Shown piece by piece: positions 50,001-63,200 of a stretch of 64,000 bases of DNA. Below the pieces are notes generated by a model that was given only the letters and a program-made list of their open reading frames with translations, searched no databases and was not told where the DNA came from. Each line of letters opens with the position of its first letter. The stretch's first letter is position 1. Source of the stretch: Lingula anatina (Eukaryota; Animalia; Brachiopoda); the NCBI GenBank assembly GCA_051362555.1, contig CM120641.1, positions 36,648,401 to 36,712,400 on the forward strand, in the 5' to 3' direction. A program made the position numbers and the translations under genes.

Positions 50001-52763
50001 TTATGTGTAGTGTGTTCAGACTATACTGTAATTATTCGAATCGGGGTCCTAATTCGCTTTTTATTTGAATAGATGGCTGTAGTGTGAATGGGGTAAAAGA
50101 GGCCATCCATGAAAGGATACAAAGACCATCACTGAACCAGAGCGGGGGTCTGTGTTTGTAGCTACACTGTTTAGGACCAGGCCCTGGACAAGATTCCATG
50201 CAGACTGTCATGTGACAACTGCAATTCCACCAGCAGTGTCACATGTAGTGTCACTTGTTTGAGTTGTGCTTACTCTTCAAGTAAAATGGAAACCCATACT
50301 TTATGCACTTTCACATACCCAAAGTCAGTCAAATCATTTGTTGCCCGCTCTACGTAATTTTTCAAAAAAAAATTATATAATAAGGGCTATTGAACACAAG
50401 TTCTCTATTGTGTCCAGATGGGATTTGGCACTAGGCCAAATAATTATAATAACCACAAGTCTGTTTTCTCACATAAAGAAATTAAATAATGGTCTTGGTC
50501 TTTGAACACAAGTTCTTTGTTGTCTACAGATATTCTTGAGCAATGGTTATTTAGTTTATTTTGGGATTGAACCACCTAAAATTTTGAAGACTACAATCCT
50601 TCCAACTTTGTGGAATTGAATTGCAAGAAAAAATTTGATGAAACTTGAATTTCCATTTTAGAGCCTGCATGTTGATATTCAAATATCAAAATGGGTGCAA
50701 TACCTGGCATGACAAGATGCATTTTACAATTACAGATCTAAGATGTTTTTATGACATGTCCTTTTCTTTTGGATTTAAATATTTGAATATTTGTTTTCAG
50801 AACCCAGGCCAAGATTATCAATGGGAATGTGTTGGCAAAGCAGATCAAATTAGAAATCCGTGATGAGGTGCAGGAATGGGTGGCAGCTGGCAACAAACGA
50901 CCACATTTAACAGCCATTATTGTTGGAGATGACCCAGCAAGTCATACCTATGTCAGGAACAAAATGAAAGCCACAGAGTTCACAGGTATACCTTATCAGT
51001 GTAGTTATGAATAAATATTTTCAGTAGTTTTTAAATCTACAATTGAAATTGAATAGGGATAGATAATAAGCCTTCTTTATAACAAGTGGGCATGCTGTCC
51101 ATATGTTTATTTTGTTTAACATTATTTAACAAATTCTATATTATTATTGTGCCAAAAACATTTTAAACTTTCTAATCTGTTAAAATGAACAATTTGAATT
51201 CATTAAGACTGTTGGATTTTTCAAAAGTTTTTTGTTTTGTATGGTGACAAAATGTGTGATTCTACATAAAATGTAGTGTACATCTAGTTAAAAAGAAATT
51301 GGTTACATTTGATTTCTAATACACTTTTCTCTTCCAATTTGTATTTTTGCACTTATTTCAAAGTACAAATTTTTAAAATTAATTTAGGAATTTCAAGTGA
51401 AACAATACGCCTGCCTGACACAGTTTCCCAACCAGAATTGTTGAAGAGAATCCACGAGCTGAATGAATGTAGTGATGTGGATGGAATTCTGGTACAGCTT
51501 CCTGTTCCAAAACACATCAGTGAGAGAGCCGTTTGTAATGCAGTCTGCCCAGAAAAAGATGTTGATGGTTTCAATATTATAAATATTGGAAGGCTGTGTT
51601 CTGATCTCAAGGCTCTGGTGCCAGCTACAGCTGCTGGGGTGATGGAGATGATAAAGCGATCAGGTAAGCTATTTGATATTAAGTAAACTTCACGTACATC
51701 TTTGATAATATAATGGATGATTAAATGGTGTAGTAGCATTATTCATAGAGAAACTGAGCCACATAAACTTAATATTTACTAAATGGGTTACATTGTTCAT
51801 GTCCTTAGGCATATTTCATCTCTGAAATTTTCTGTTATTGATGGCAATTTAACTTTTTTATGTTCTTTTTAACATTCTGGATTAATTCTTTTCAGGGATA
51901 GAAACTTTTGGAAAAAATGCAGTTGTCTGCGGGCGGTCTAAGAATGTGGGACTGCCTATCGCAGTATTGCTGCATGCTGATGGTATTGGGGAAACAAAGG
52001 CTGGTAAGTTTTAGCATTAACTGCTTTTCATTGTTTTTTATGTGAACTTTAAACTATCCCCCATTTCTTGGAAATTGTCATCGCCATTGTGACTTTGTGC
52101 TTGGTATTTATTATAGGAACTACTGTAACAGCAGTTTTTGAGATATTGATAAAAATACAAATAATAACCAAGTTTGAAATGTTTTATTCATTCATAAGAT
52201 GTATGTTTTTATTTTGTAGGAGATGCCACAACCACAATCTGCCATCGATATACTCCGCCAGATGACTTGAGGCGTCATCTTGCTGCTGCAGATATTTTAG
52301 TGGTGGCAACTGGTATACCACACCTGATTAAGGGGGATATGGTGAAAGAAGGGGTGGCTGTGATTGATGTTGGCATCACAAGAATAAAAGACCCCGAGAC
52401 TGGGAAGGCCAAGCTTGTGGGTGATGTGGATTTTGAAGGTAAAGAGTGATTCTATATCCTTTCATTTTCTGCCTTACCTTTTATAATTTTCATGTTTGCA
52501 ATATAACTTTTTTTTCTGTTGTAAAAAAAGAAAATTAATGCAGAAAATAATATAATAATAATTTTGGTGTTCTTGTTATTAAAAAAATTAAAATAATATT
52601 ATTATTAAAAAATATTATTATTATTATTTTTCAAATTCTAGCGGTCTCTGAAAAAGCCAGCTTCATCACACCAGTACCTGGAGGAGTTGGACCAATGACT
52701 GTTGCTATGTTAATGAAAAATACCTTACTTGCTGCAAAGAAGGAGATTGATTACAATTTTTAG
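47076..52763 (+). CDS. MTHFD2: Mitochondrial bifunctional methylenetetrahydrofolate dehydrogenase/cyclohydrolase
   Basis: Exons 47076-47185 (Arg/Ser-rich presequence [14 protein letters not shown]..), 50801-50985, 51388-51663, 51896-52003, 52220-52438 and 52642-52763. Motifs: [62 protein letters not shown]. Confidence 0.95.
48358..48529. mobile_element. MITE with 6-bp target-site duplication
   Basis: TIRs ctggggtagcacta ... tagcgctaccccag flanked by ctaagt/ctaagt. Confidence 0.8.
49541..50242 (+). mobile_element. Penelope-like retroelement relic (GIY-YIG C-terminus, inverted pseudo-LTR)
   Basis: 49644-49778 plus 50099-50152 read [45 protein letters not shown]|[18 protein letters not shown]. 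49588-49638 is an inverted copy of 50192-50242. Confidence 0.85.
49779..50095. mobile_element. PIF/Harbinger-like MITE nested in the Penelope relic
   Basis: TIRs ttccccattcacact ... agtgtgaatggggta with a 3-bp AAA duplication. Removing the element restores the GVK|EAI reading frame. An extra TIR copy lies at ~49956. Confidence 0.8.
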
Positions 52764-53507
52764 TATATTTTGATATTATTTTAAGCATTACTTTAAAAGT
52801 ATTTTCTCATATGTTATATCCCCCCCCATTTTTTTCATTGCTTCATAAGCAATGTCATGTTCGTGGACACAGTAGAGGCATTTGACTAAATATGGCATCA
52901 CCATTCAGAATGTTGTATTATGCATATTGAAATCTTATGAGGAAAATTAAAAAAGTTTTAAATGATGACATTAGCTGATTGTCATTTATATGTTTATTTT
53001 ACATCATATTTGATTATTCACTTTGCCAGGGATAGGGAGTTTATGATGAAGTAAATTGATAAAGCATTACATTTTATCGGTTTATAAAAGGATAAATTTA
53101 TTTTACATTTTAAACATGTGGAACAATTGTAACTAAGAGGGCTTTGCTATCTATTGTATACATTTTAGTAATCACACATATTGGGTTAGCTTGGAGACAC
53201 TGAAACTAATTGTCAGTTAAAATTCAGAAAATAATAATAATATGTCACATCATGAAATTGTTCTGAAGTCATGTTGTTAATATGGTTCTTTTTTCTGAAT
53301 TAAATTATAACACTTATTGGCAATTATGCTCTGGTCTTATATTATGCACAGACACGCGTACATGTGTTGTGGCTGTTGCTGAACACTTTTAGCTTCATGT
53401 TAAAGTGGAAAACCATTTTGCCTTTTGTCTTACAGGACTGATAAATGTTCATGAAATACAGGTTCCGTCCAAAACATCTACTTGATCTGACCATTAACCA
53501 AATGCCT

Positions 53508-55154
53508 TCAAATGCCTTCTAAATGACTTCAGATGTTAATAGTTGATTGACTGTGTCTGTTTTTATTATTAGCATTTGATTTTATAAAAACATTTAAAAA
53601 CAAACCGGATATGTTAGAGACAAACCATTAAAGGTCGGTAACCTTGGCTCATAATTTAAATGTTGTCACACTTCCAGTCAACATGTTTTTTTCTTTCAAA
53701 CTTCCTGGTCTTGGTTAAAAAAAGAAAAAAACGGCCATAGCATACACTTTATCCTGCTAGTTGACACTAACATTAATTCAAACACAATGTAGGATATGTC
53801 AGAATAAATTTAAAAATCATTTTCTTTCACAGATGTACCTTATTTACTGAGTTTTAAAATACCTAATTGACTTTTTTAAAACTTATTTTTCAATGCCTAT
53901 TTGAAGTTTTCAATTTTATTCCTGCTCCTAGCTCACTCCTAGGCAGAGCCACATCTTTGCCTGGTCTAACTTACACCTACAGGTACTCCAGGCGTCTTCG
54001 TCGGCATCGACGATTGCTTCAAAGCCACCGACAACTACACATTGGTGATTGCATTACCTGGTGTATTTACCTGTACTTTTTGTCTTGAAGTTAAAATATT
54101 GCAAATACACGTTAATAAAAAAAAGGTGAAATTGTAACGCTGGTAACGAACTCGATACCATCAAATTTGAATTCTGACGTTTGTTCCATCTACGATGTCA
54201 CGATGACGAGGTCGTTGAATAGAACCTTTACCTGTACTCACTATCCCCTCACAGAGATTTCAAATTCTCCTTAACATGGATCGGCATTTTAGATAGTAGA
54301 GACGCAGAGTGGTTATATTGGACTTTTTTTATGAACGTGAGTAAAATCAACACTAAGTGAAACTGCATCGCCAACTACTTGAGTGACTTCTTAAAACATA
54401 ATTTTCTGAGATGTTTTTGGCGATCGATCAGTGCCTTATTAATATATCAAATGCCCTCTAAATGACTTCACGTGTTAATATTTGATTGACTGTCTGTTTT
54501 TATTATTGATAATTGCTTTTATGAAAACACTTTTTTAAATAAACATGGGATATGTAAAATACAAACCACTGAAGGTCGGTAACCGCTGGTATAAAAAATT
54601 ACCTTGGCCCATAATTTAATGTTGTCACACTTTCAGTCGACACGTTTTCTTCTTTCAAATTTCCTGGTCTTGGTAAAAAAAAAAACGGCCTAGTAGGGCC
54701 TATACTTTATCCTGCTTATTGACACTAACATTAATCCAAGCACAACAAGGGATATGTCAGAAAAAAATTAAAAATCATTTTCTCTTCCCGGTAGTACCTT
54801 ACATATTTAGTTTGTAAATACCTATTGTTTGTTTGTTTTTACTTATTTTTCAATGCCTATTTGAATTTTAAATTTTATTCCTACTCCTAGCTCACACCTG
54901 GGCTGATCTACACCTTTACCCCTTGTGCCATCAACGATGACGAACACGTAGAATAGTATCTTTACCTGTAGGCCTACATGTATTCATAATCCCCTCACAG
55001 AGATTTCAAATTCTCCTTTAGAAACATGGGTCGGCTTTTTAGATGGTAGAAATGAAGAGTGGTTATATTGGACTTTTTTTGAACGTAAGTAAAATCAGCA
55101 CCATGTGGAACTGCATCGCCAACTGCCTGAGTCACTTCTTAAAACATTATTTTT
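53508..55154 (+). repeat. Diverged tandem duplication (~53508-54404 and ~54447-55154)
   Basis: Collinear shared blocks, e.g. tcaaatgcc.tctaaatgacttca, ggtcggtaacc, ttcctggtcttgg, gacactaacattaat, atcccctcacagagatttcaaattctcc and aactgcatcgccaact. Copy 1 carries about 200 bp of extra sequence. Confidence 0.85.
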
Positions 55155-55407
55155 TTTTCAAAAACCAAAGGGGGGGGGGGCACGACCCCCCTGATCCCCT
55201 CTAAATCCACCACTGCATAGCATACCTTTAAGAAAAATGAAATTCCAGAAATCCTATAGCCTACTGTTTTTCTTACTCTTTGGATTAATGCTAACTTTGG
55301 AAGTTGGATTGATCCTGTTTTATGCTTTTCTGGAGTTCTTTTGAAGGCTTTATGTACACCCTTGCTGGTAATTTGGAACCGATCTCAACTAACGCACTGC
55401 CTTTTAA

Positions 55408-57884
55408 AGGACAATGTTCATGTAAAAATCCATTTCTCGAATTTTGAAGATACAGCACTCAATCTATACACTAGAGGTATGTTTTAATCGATCCCCGCCA
55501 TTAAAAAATTATAAAAACAATCTATTAGTAGAAAAAAAAGCGTTTTAGTAAACCTCACCTCAATATGCAAAAATGAAGCAACAGATCTGGGTCACGTGGT
55601 ACTGTGACGACAATCACGATAAAGGTCTATGAGACTCTGAGCTGCATGTTGCATACAGACGGAGAAGTTAAGGAAAGTTGTGTAGAACGGAGTTGAGGAA
55701 TTTTCGTTATGCCTCGGTGTGTTGCCGTGGGATTCAGCAAAATTGCAGCTCTCGTTGACAATCTTTCTTTGTCTGTGACGGTCTTCCGTGACTTACTTAC
55801 TAACTTCGGTGACAATAGTTGCGATGCTCTAGATCATGGTCACCTCAGGTGGTTTAGATCATATCAAGAGCTGGTAGTCTTTCAGATTAACTGTCATCAG
55901 TTGGCAAACTTACTGATTGCTGATGCATTTTAAATGCATTGTAGTTGACCAAAAGCTCGTTTACAACAAACCTGTTAATTATGCACCGCTGCAATTCCCA
56001 AGCCAGGTAATAACAGGTATGAAACTCGTCTTGGTGGGCTTTCATATTTTTCAATATATCTCATTTATTTCATGGGGTTATTTTATTGGTATTTGTAAAT
56101 TACGTTAAATATCAATACTTAAACAATTAAGTTCAAACACGGTCGCGAACATTAATAAAAGAAATTGCTCTCAGGGTATCTTGAAGCTTCCGTGGAAGAA
56201 AACGTGTTGAGGAAAAACAGGAAAAAGAGCGTTATATTAAAGAAAAAATGGGAACTGCTATAATAAAATGGTTCGTTATCCTAATTCGTTTATGCTTTGA
56301 GGATTTGTTTCTGAAGATTATTTCATCTGAAATATTAAATAATTTAAAAGATTGATCATTTTATAACTTGAAACGCAAATTCTGCGTCAGTACGCAATTT
56401 TTTTTTTTTTTTTTGCAAATTTGTAAGCTTATAACACCGTGCTATTATAAAGATCTACTCAAGAAAAAAAATTGCTTGGGTAAAATTGAGTACGGAATGA
56501 ACTGGAGACATTTGGCTTGTCATTAAGTTTACACGAAAATATGTCAGGTAACTTTATACTGTCTTTGAAAGAGTAAAGATTGAAAGATAATTTTAGACAA
56601 ACTTTGACGGGGGAAATACCTACAAAGAGTAATGGGCTATTTCGCCAACATCTTGTTGAAAATTTTACACTGCAATTCTATTCAAATAAGCTAAGGAACT
56701 AATTGCCAAATTAATACTCTCATCACATAACAGGGGGGTAACCAGACCTGCAAAAATTGTACGCACATATTTAAAAAGATTACAAGCACATACAGCAAAA
56801 TGTAGACTTACGCAAAACATGAAGGACAGCGTACCGTAATCACAGCAAATGTACCTCATATAGTAGCTTAATTTCCATTAATAATAAAATCATCATTTAA
56901 GTCAAAAATATTCTTGCGATTTAATAACTATTTTAATTTACCCAGAACGGTATATTTATTTTAAAGGCGGTTAACTGAAATATAGTTTTATGATTTGTTT
57001 GTGAAAATTGCCCATGTCACCCTGTTAGTTTGGAGGTCTAAGCTAGATCAAGTCCGTGTTAAAATTCCTTTGAAGTTGTGCAGGAAAATTTCTTCCTTTC
57101 TTTCTCTAGCTCCTTGATAAACCTGGTGTTCAGATTTTATCTAGTACCCCCAGGTCTACGGGAGCTGCGCTTTGTAACTAACGCACAGGTAGATTTTTAC
57201 CTGAGATAACTGGAGTAAAGCTTAGATAGAGAGTGCGTTCGATACAAGCAAGACAAATTGAATGCCATTTAACCCTCTAATTAAGAGGTAAAGGAAGTTC
57301 CAGTTAGATGGATGATTAAGATAGGACTTGTCAAGGTAACGGGCATTGTTTACCTCAGTTTAATAAAAGTATGCAAGACGGAGTGTCAGCGGTTTAATAA
57401 AATAAATTGAATTTCACAAATAACATGGACCTCATATGCAATAATCAACATTTCCCTTAACTCATTCAAATGCAGTGTTTTATACAACTTGGGATAACCA
57501 TAATGAAATGCTTGTTAAAGAAATGACTAGACGGGAAATGGTTTTACACAGCTTCACGAGGATTTAGACCCCTCGGGTAAGAGATTTGAATGAGTATAAA
57601 CTTTTATCAGAAGCCAGATAGAGAAGTCATCTTACAGGTAGACAATGCAGCTCAGTTTGACAGCTAAGCACGCTCTGTTCTCCAGTGGCTCGATTGTCGT
57701 CATTGGACCACGTGACCACGTAGCTCATTAACTCCCAGGCCGAGCAAATAGGACGTTTTTTAAAGCCAAAAATTTACAAAATGAGCTTTTAATTTGTGTA
57801 TTTGGATTAAGATATCGTTAGTTGGGCATGTTTTCTGAAGAATATGTTCCGTTCAGGCCATTCTGACGGCATGAAGCAAACCCT
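55408..57884. mobile_element. Kolobok-type non-autonomous DNA transposon (~2.5 kb)
   Basis: TTAA|AGGACAATGTTCATG ... CATGAAGCAAACCCT|TTAA, i.e. TTAA duplication and imperfect TIRs. Inverted subterminal motif GGTCACGTGGTnnnnTGACGACAATC at 55590-55615 and 57692-57717. A THAP-like start MPRCVAVG(F)S begins at 55709. Confidence 0.7.
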
Positions 57885-58152
57885 TTAAGTTCTGTGTACA
57901 GTCGGCACCATCAAAGAGAGAGAAGATAACATGTATATAGATTAATGTTTACCTAAATGTATATCTTTCTGTTAATTAGAAAGGCAAGTCTCAAATCATA
58001 TTGGCTGAACGGTTATTTTGATTAAAATACTCTTTTGACTTTTAAACGCAAACGTACATAATCAAACAAACATCCGTCTGGATAGAATGGACTTTGGTCG
58101 GATTTTTACTCTCGTCATGTCACGTGGCGCGAGAAGGTGCGATAAAGCAGTC

Positions 58153-60164
58153 ATGGCAGACGAAACGAAGCAACAACAATCTCTACAACAATTAAAAGTA
58201 AGTGATTCTTACTACGCAGGGCGATTAAATTAGATAGGATAGGTGAAATTTAATAATGGTATATATATATTTTTTTATTTTTTTGTAGTAAATGATAAGT
58301 GTTTATAACGAGAAAAGAATATTACGTGCAAGATAGCGATACGAAAAAAATTGTTGCATAACACATTTTTGCCGGGCATAAACAAGAACTAACAAGGGCT
58401 AAATGATATCTTGGCAGCGTTGTCAAAATATGTGCGAGGGGTATATACCAGCACGCCAACTGCCTAAAAATTCCGTTGGCATAATTCTATGATAATATCT
58501 AGAGTTCTTTTTAGCCGCACATAAACAAGGATTAACTATATTATCTCTACAACGTCAAAATACCATATGAAATACGAGGTACATATACCAGCACTACTAA
58601 TTACCCAACAAATCCTTCTAGATAACAGCTAGTCTTGAACTCAGTATTTCTTTTTATTTCATCTAGAATTAATTTCCTGAACTACTGGTGACAGTTTTAT
58701 GGCAATTTTATTATGTTACGTATAAATATTTATCATTGTTTTATTAATCCCTTATCAGTCACTGGCACAGTAAGGTTTACAATTTTGGTATTCCATTGCA
58801 GTAAGGCAGCAAAGCTTTTGCCATTAAATAAAGACCACACTTAAACATGCAGATATCAAAAATAAAAGGCTGACCAACATAGGAATGTTTTGTTTAATTG
58901 AATTGCTGAGCATTTTTTGCTGGCTAAAAGAAGTGTGGGGAACTTGCATTTTTCATTTGTATGATTTTTGCTGTGATTTTCTTTCAAAGGAAAATTCAAT
59001 TTGGTGCAAAAATCCTGTACACTGTAGTATGTTAACTTCAATGTTATCTGTTCGAATAATCACTTTTCAGTAATTTTTACTTAAAGGTATGAAAATATTT
59101 TATTGTACAAGGCATGACCAGTTAATAATATAATTATTGCTTGAAAAATGTTTAAAGTTAATCTGAAGAGAACATTATTCCATTTTCATGTGAAGAGACC
59201 AATTAGGAACAAGGAGGGCTCTTCCAAATCTTAAGTCATTAGATAAAGTTCCTGGATGTACATCATTTTTCATTTATCTACATATACAAATCTAGATACA
59301 AGCTGCCTGGGCTTTTATCTAATGTCTAATTAACAAAGGAAAGCTTGTCATCAGACCGTGTGAATTATACAGTGTGCATGTGGCTCACAAGATTAGAGAT
59401 CATGGCAGTAGGATTATTAATTCAAGTTGAGCAAATTACAAAGAAGACACAGTTTGTACTTGTAAAAGATATATGAGATTTACTTTCTGTAAGCTGTAAT
59501 AAATATTTATAATTATTTTATTTAATTGTTACCTGACAAAAATGTCATCAGTCAGTTTAAGCACATTATTTTGATGATGGATGTTATTTTATTTCTCCTA
59601 AAGAAATGATTAAAAATTTTAATCATGCAGTCAGCAATGATAAATGGTATATAGGCCTTTCGGTGGTTTAATAGGTGCCTTATGACTGATTAGATAAATC
59701 AAATTAGTTGAGAATAAGACAGAAAGACTTTTGTTTCTACAAAAGGAATAGTCTAATGTAGTTTTGTCTATCATTTGGAATTCAGTCTGATCCTGAAAAC
59801 CAGAATTTTTATTTATTTATTTAATTATTTATTCATTCATTTATTTATTTATTATTGCCAGTGCGCTCACATTGTTATCTCACAGATACAATAATTGACC
59901 CCCAAAATTATGATTGTGATTAAAATTGTGTCTTTTATATTTTAGGATATAGTACAGCCTTATTTTGAGGTGTTCAGGCTGTATATGAATGACTTGTGTG
60001 AAGGATTTGAACCTTGGCAGATAATTATAGTAACATTTGGTTTAACTGTGGTCCTGGTCTGGTTGAAAGAGTTTTTGTTTCAAGATGAAAGTAAGTAAAC
60101 CTTATCTCTGTTCTCCTCCTCTTCCTCCTCCTACTCCTCCCCTCCTTTCTCTCTCTCCCTCGTC

Positions 60165-60209
<45 letters not shown>

Positions 60210-63200
60210 CTCTCCTTAAACCATTTATCTTTCCTTTCCTTTTCTGTTTATCTTCTTTCATTTCTCAAATTATAATCTTTGTCTGTTCTTTGTAATACAT
60301 TGGTTTTAAAATGCACCAGTCAACATGTAATGACCCCTGCTTTTCATCACAATTTGCAGGTCTGCTGGAACGGGCTAAGAAATTTTTCTTCAGGAACGTT
60401 AGGAGACTTCCAATGGTCAAGGCGAGAATAGCTGCAGAAATTGAAAAAACAAGAAATGATGTTGAAGATAATTTCAATAAAGGTGGAACAATTACATATA
60501 TGAAGCACTTACCTAAACAGGGTTTATCTCAGGTAATTATGAATGAAACAGTGTCATTCTCTTTGTCAGATCAATATGTTGTATGTACAGTACTATATTA
60601 TTAATATTATTTAATTTCACATCATCTATTTGTTATCCTGATTAATGTTTTTTTATTTCTTTTCAGGAAAAATTATTCAGATTGATTGAAGATTACAGGC
60701 AGCTAGGTACAGTATGATGAAATGAAAATGCTTTTCATCTATAAGAATGGCATTTTCACTACTGTTTGAACCTGTAAAGAGTCATGAGTTGAAATTATTG
60801 ATAATAAGTGTACTGAACAATTATAGAAGAAACACTGTAATAGAATTTCTAGTGTGTACAGTTCTGTCAAATATGTATTTGTTGTATACTCTTCCATCTA
60901 AATACTCAGCACATTCTTGGGTCAAACAGTTGTCTATCAGATATTCAGACTTTTCTCACTTAAATAACAACTGGTCCCAGACCTGTGATTTCCTGGCCAG
61001 GCCACTAAATTTTTTATCCTACTGATCCCAAGGGCTAGATATATTGACTCTGTATTTTCCACCTAATTAGAAAAAGCATTCAGTTTGTGGTTTATTTTCT
61101 TAAGACAATAAAAATGATCATATAGTGAAAAATTCTGTGTGATAAGAAGTAAGTCTTTGCATTATATACTTAAAGTTCTACATTCATTTCTACAATCAGT
61201 TATTTTTATTTTCAGCTGATGTAAACTGGGAAAAGGGACACTGCTCTGGCACTGTGTACAGCGGAGATCCTGTACTTACTGATATTGCTACTAAGGTAAC
61301 AAGTTGAATGTTTTTGTTTTGTTATTTATATCAGTAACAGCCATTTTGTTCGTTATATTTTTTGTTTTACTTTATTAACAACATAGAACAGCAGAAAAGG
61401 ATTGTGTCTTGGATTAAATTGTATGAACAGAAATTTGATGTTAAGCTTAGAAAAACTGCCTGTAGTCAGATAATTTTAAATATAAGTTATAGAAAGGAAT
61501 TAAAAACTTATTTGAAACTTGCTCAAGCTCTTATGAATACTTAATCTATTGAAGTACATCTGACCCAAATCGATGTCATGCTTTGTTAATAAATCAACAT
61601 TTTTTTTAACCTTAATTAACTGTCTCACATAGGTGTATGGTATATTTGCTTGGAGTAACCCACTGCACAGTGATGTCTTTCCTGATGTTCGCAAGATGGA
61701 GGCCGAGGTGGTACGCATGTGCTGTAACATGTTCCATGGAGGACCAGATAGTTGTGGAAATGTAGGCTACACTTCTTTAAGCAAGAAAGAAATCAAACTT
61801 TCATAAATTGGAAAATTAAAGATGTATCTCTTAATGCTCAGTTATTCTTATGTTCAGTAACATCCAATTTTACATTAATATAAGTTCATTATCAACAGTG
61901 AAAAGAAGGATAAGTTTGCTGACTAAAATTTGTCTAACAGAGTAAGCCATTAACATATCCTTGTGCTGTTGGAGCATTGTGTGCACATAGTTATTAATCA
62001 GGTTGCTTCCTGTACCTGATACTTGGTACTAATTTAGGTACATAACATACCAGTACAAATATAATTATTTCCCCCTTTTAAAGATGACATCTGGTGGCAC
62101 AGAGAGTATACTCATGGCATGTAAAACATTCAGGGACAGAGCATATGAAAAAGGCATTAAGTTCCCAGAGATGTAAGCTTTGATTCATATTCTCATTATA
62201 CTTGTATACCTTTTGTTAATGTTTAATTGTTGGTATAAAATATAATCTTTGTACAAGGTTAAAATGGGATTAAGCACATTATTAGTGAAACTACAACCCG
62301 TTGTTTATCATACATTTAGCTGTATAAAATTGGTCCCTGGTTTTAAAACCCTTGTGTTTAAAGCAGACTTAATCATAATGAAAAATACAGATGTGTTATC
62401 CACCAGTAACTTTTGTTTTTTCTTTTTTGCTAAAATTTTATTGAACATGTTTCAGGCTAGTTCCAGTTACTGCACATGCAGCTTTTGACAAAGTAAGTAT
62501 CCCAGGGGTTACCTCATAACTGTTGTTAAATTATTTAACTTAATGATATGTTAACAGTAATTTATATGAGTCTCATTACAAATGTTTGAATATTGTCTAT
62601 TTCAGGCTGCACATGCATTCCGAATAAAAATAAAGCATATTCCAGTCGACTCTTTCACAATGCAGGTGGATGTTGATGCAATGAAGAAGGCTATATCAAG
62701 AAATACTTGTATGGTGAGTTGGCAGTACTATACACAATGTGTGCACAATTCAGTGTACACTTACATGTATTTTTTATGCATCTAAGTTAATTAGCTGTAT
62801 AAAACAATTGCAAAAAAAAATTCAGAAATGACTCAATTTCAAATTAAACTTGATTATGTGTGTCTTGATACTTTCAGCTCGTTGGATCTGCTCCTGGTTT
62901 TCCACATGGAATAATGGACCCTATTGAAGAAATTTCAAAGGCAAGAGGCTTCTCAGTAAATTGATTAGAAATAGGTGTACCTCTCTTTGCTCCATTTCAC
63001 ATTTAAAAAGAGAAACAGTGGTAGCTTCTGGCTAGTGTCTCACCAATTTTAAAATCTAGGTTGTAAACGGCTCAGTCTGAGACATGGTTTTATTTGCAAT
63101 CCTAGTATGTTCACCTTTGTGAGTAGATATGAAAAACATGAGAAGAAATCATTATGAAAATGTATTAGATTGGCAGTTTTTACATATTATTAATAGATCA

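Noticed and set aside
55709-55933. 74-aa ORF as an intact THAP gene
   Set aside because: Only the first ~11 codons resemble THAP; the second Cys and the downstream THAP motifs are absent. Treated as a transposon remnant.
60025-60261. ERERER/Arg-rich ORF
   Set aside because: Translation of an intronic (CT)n tract.
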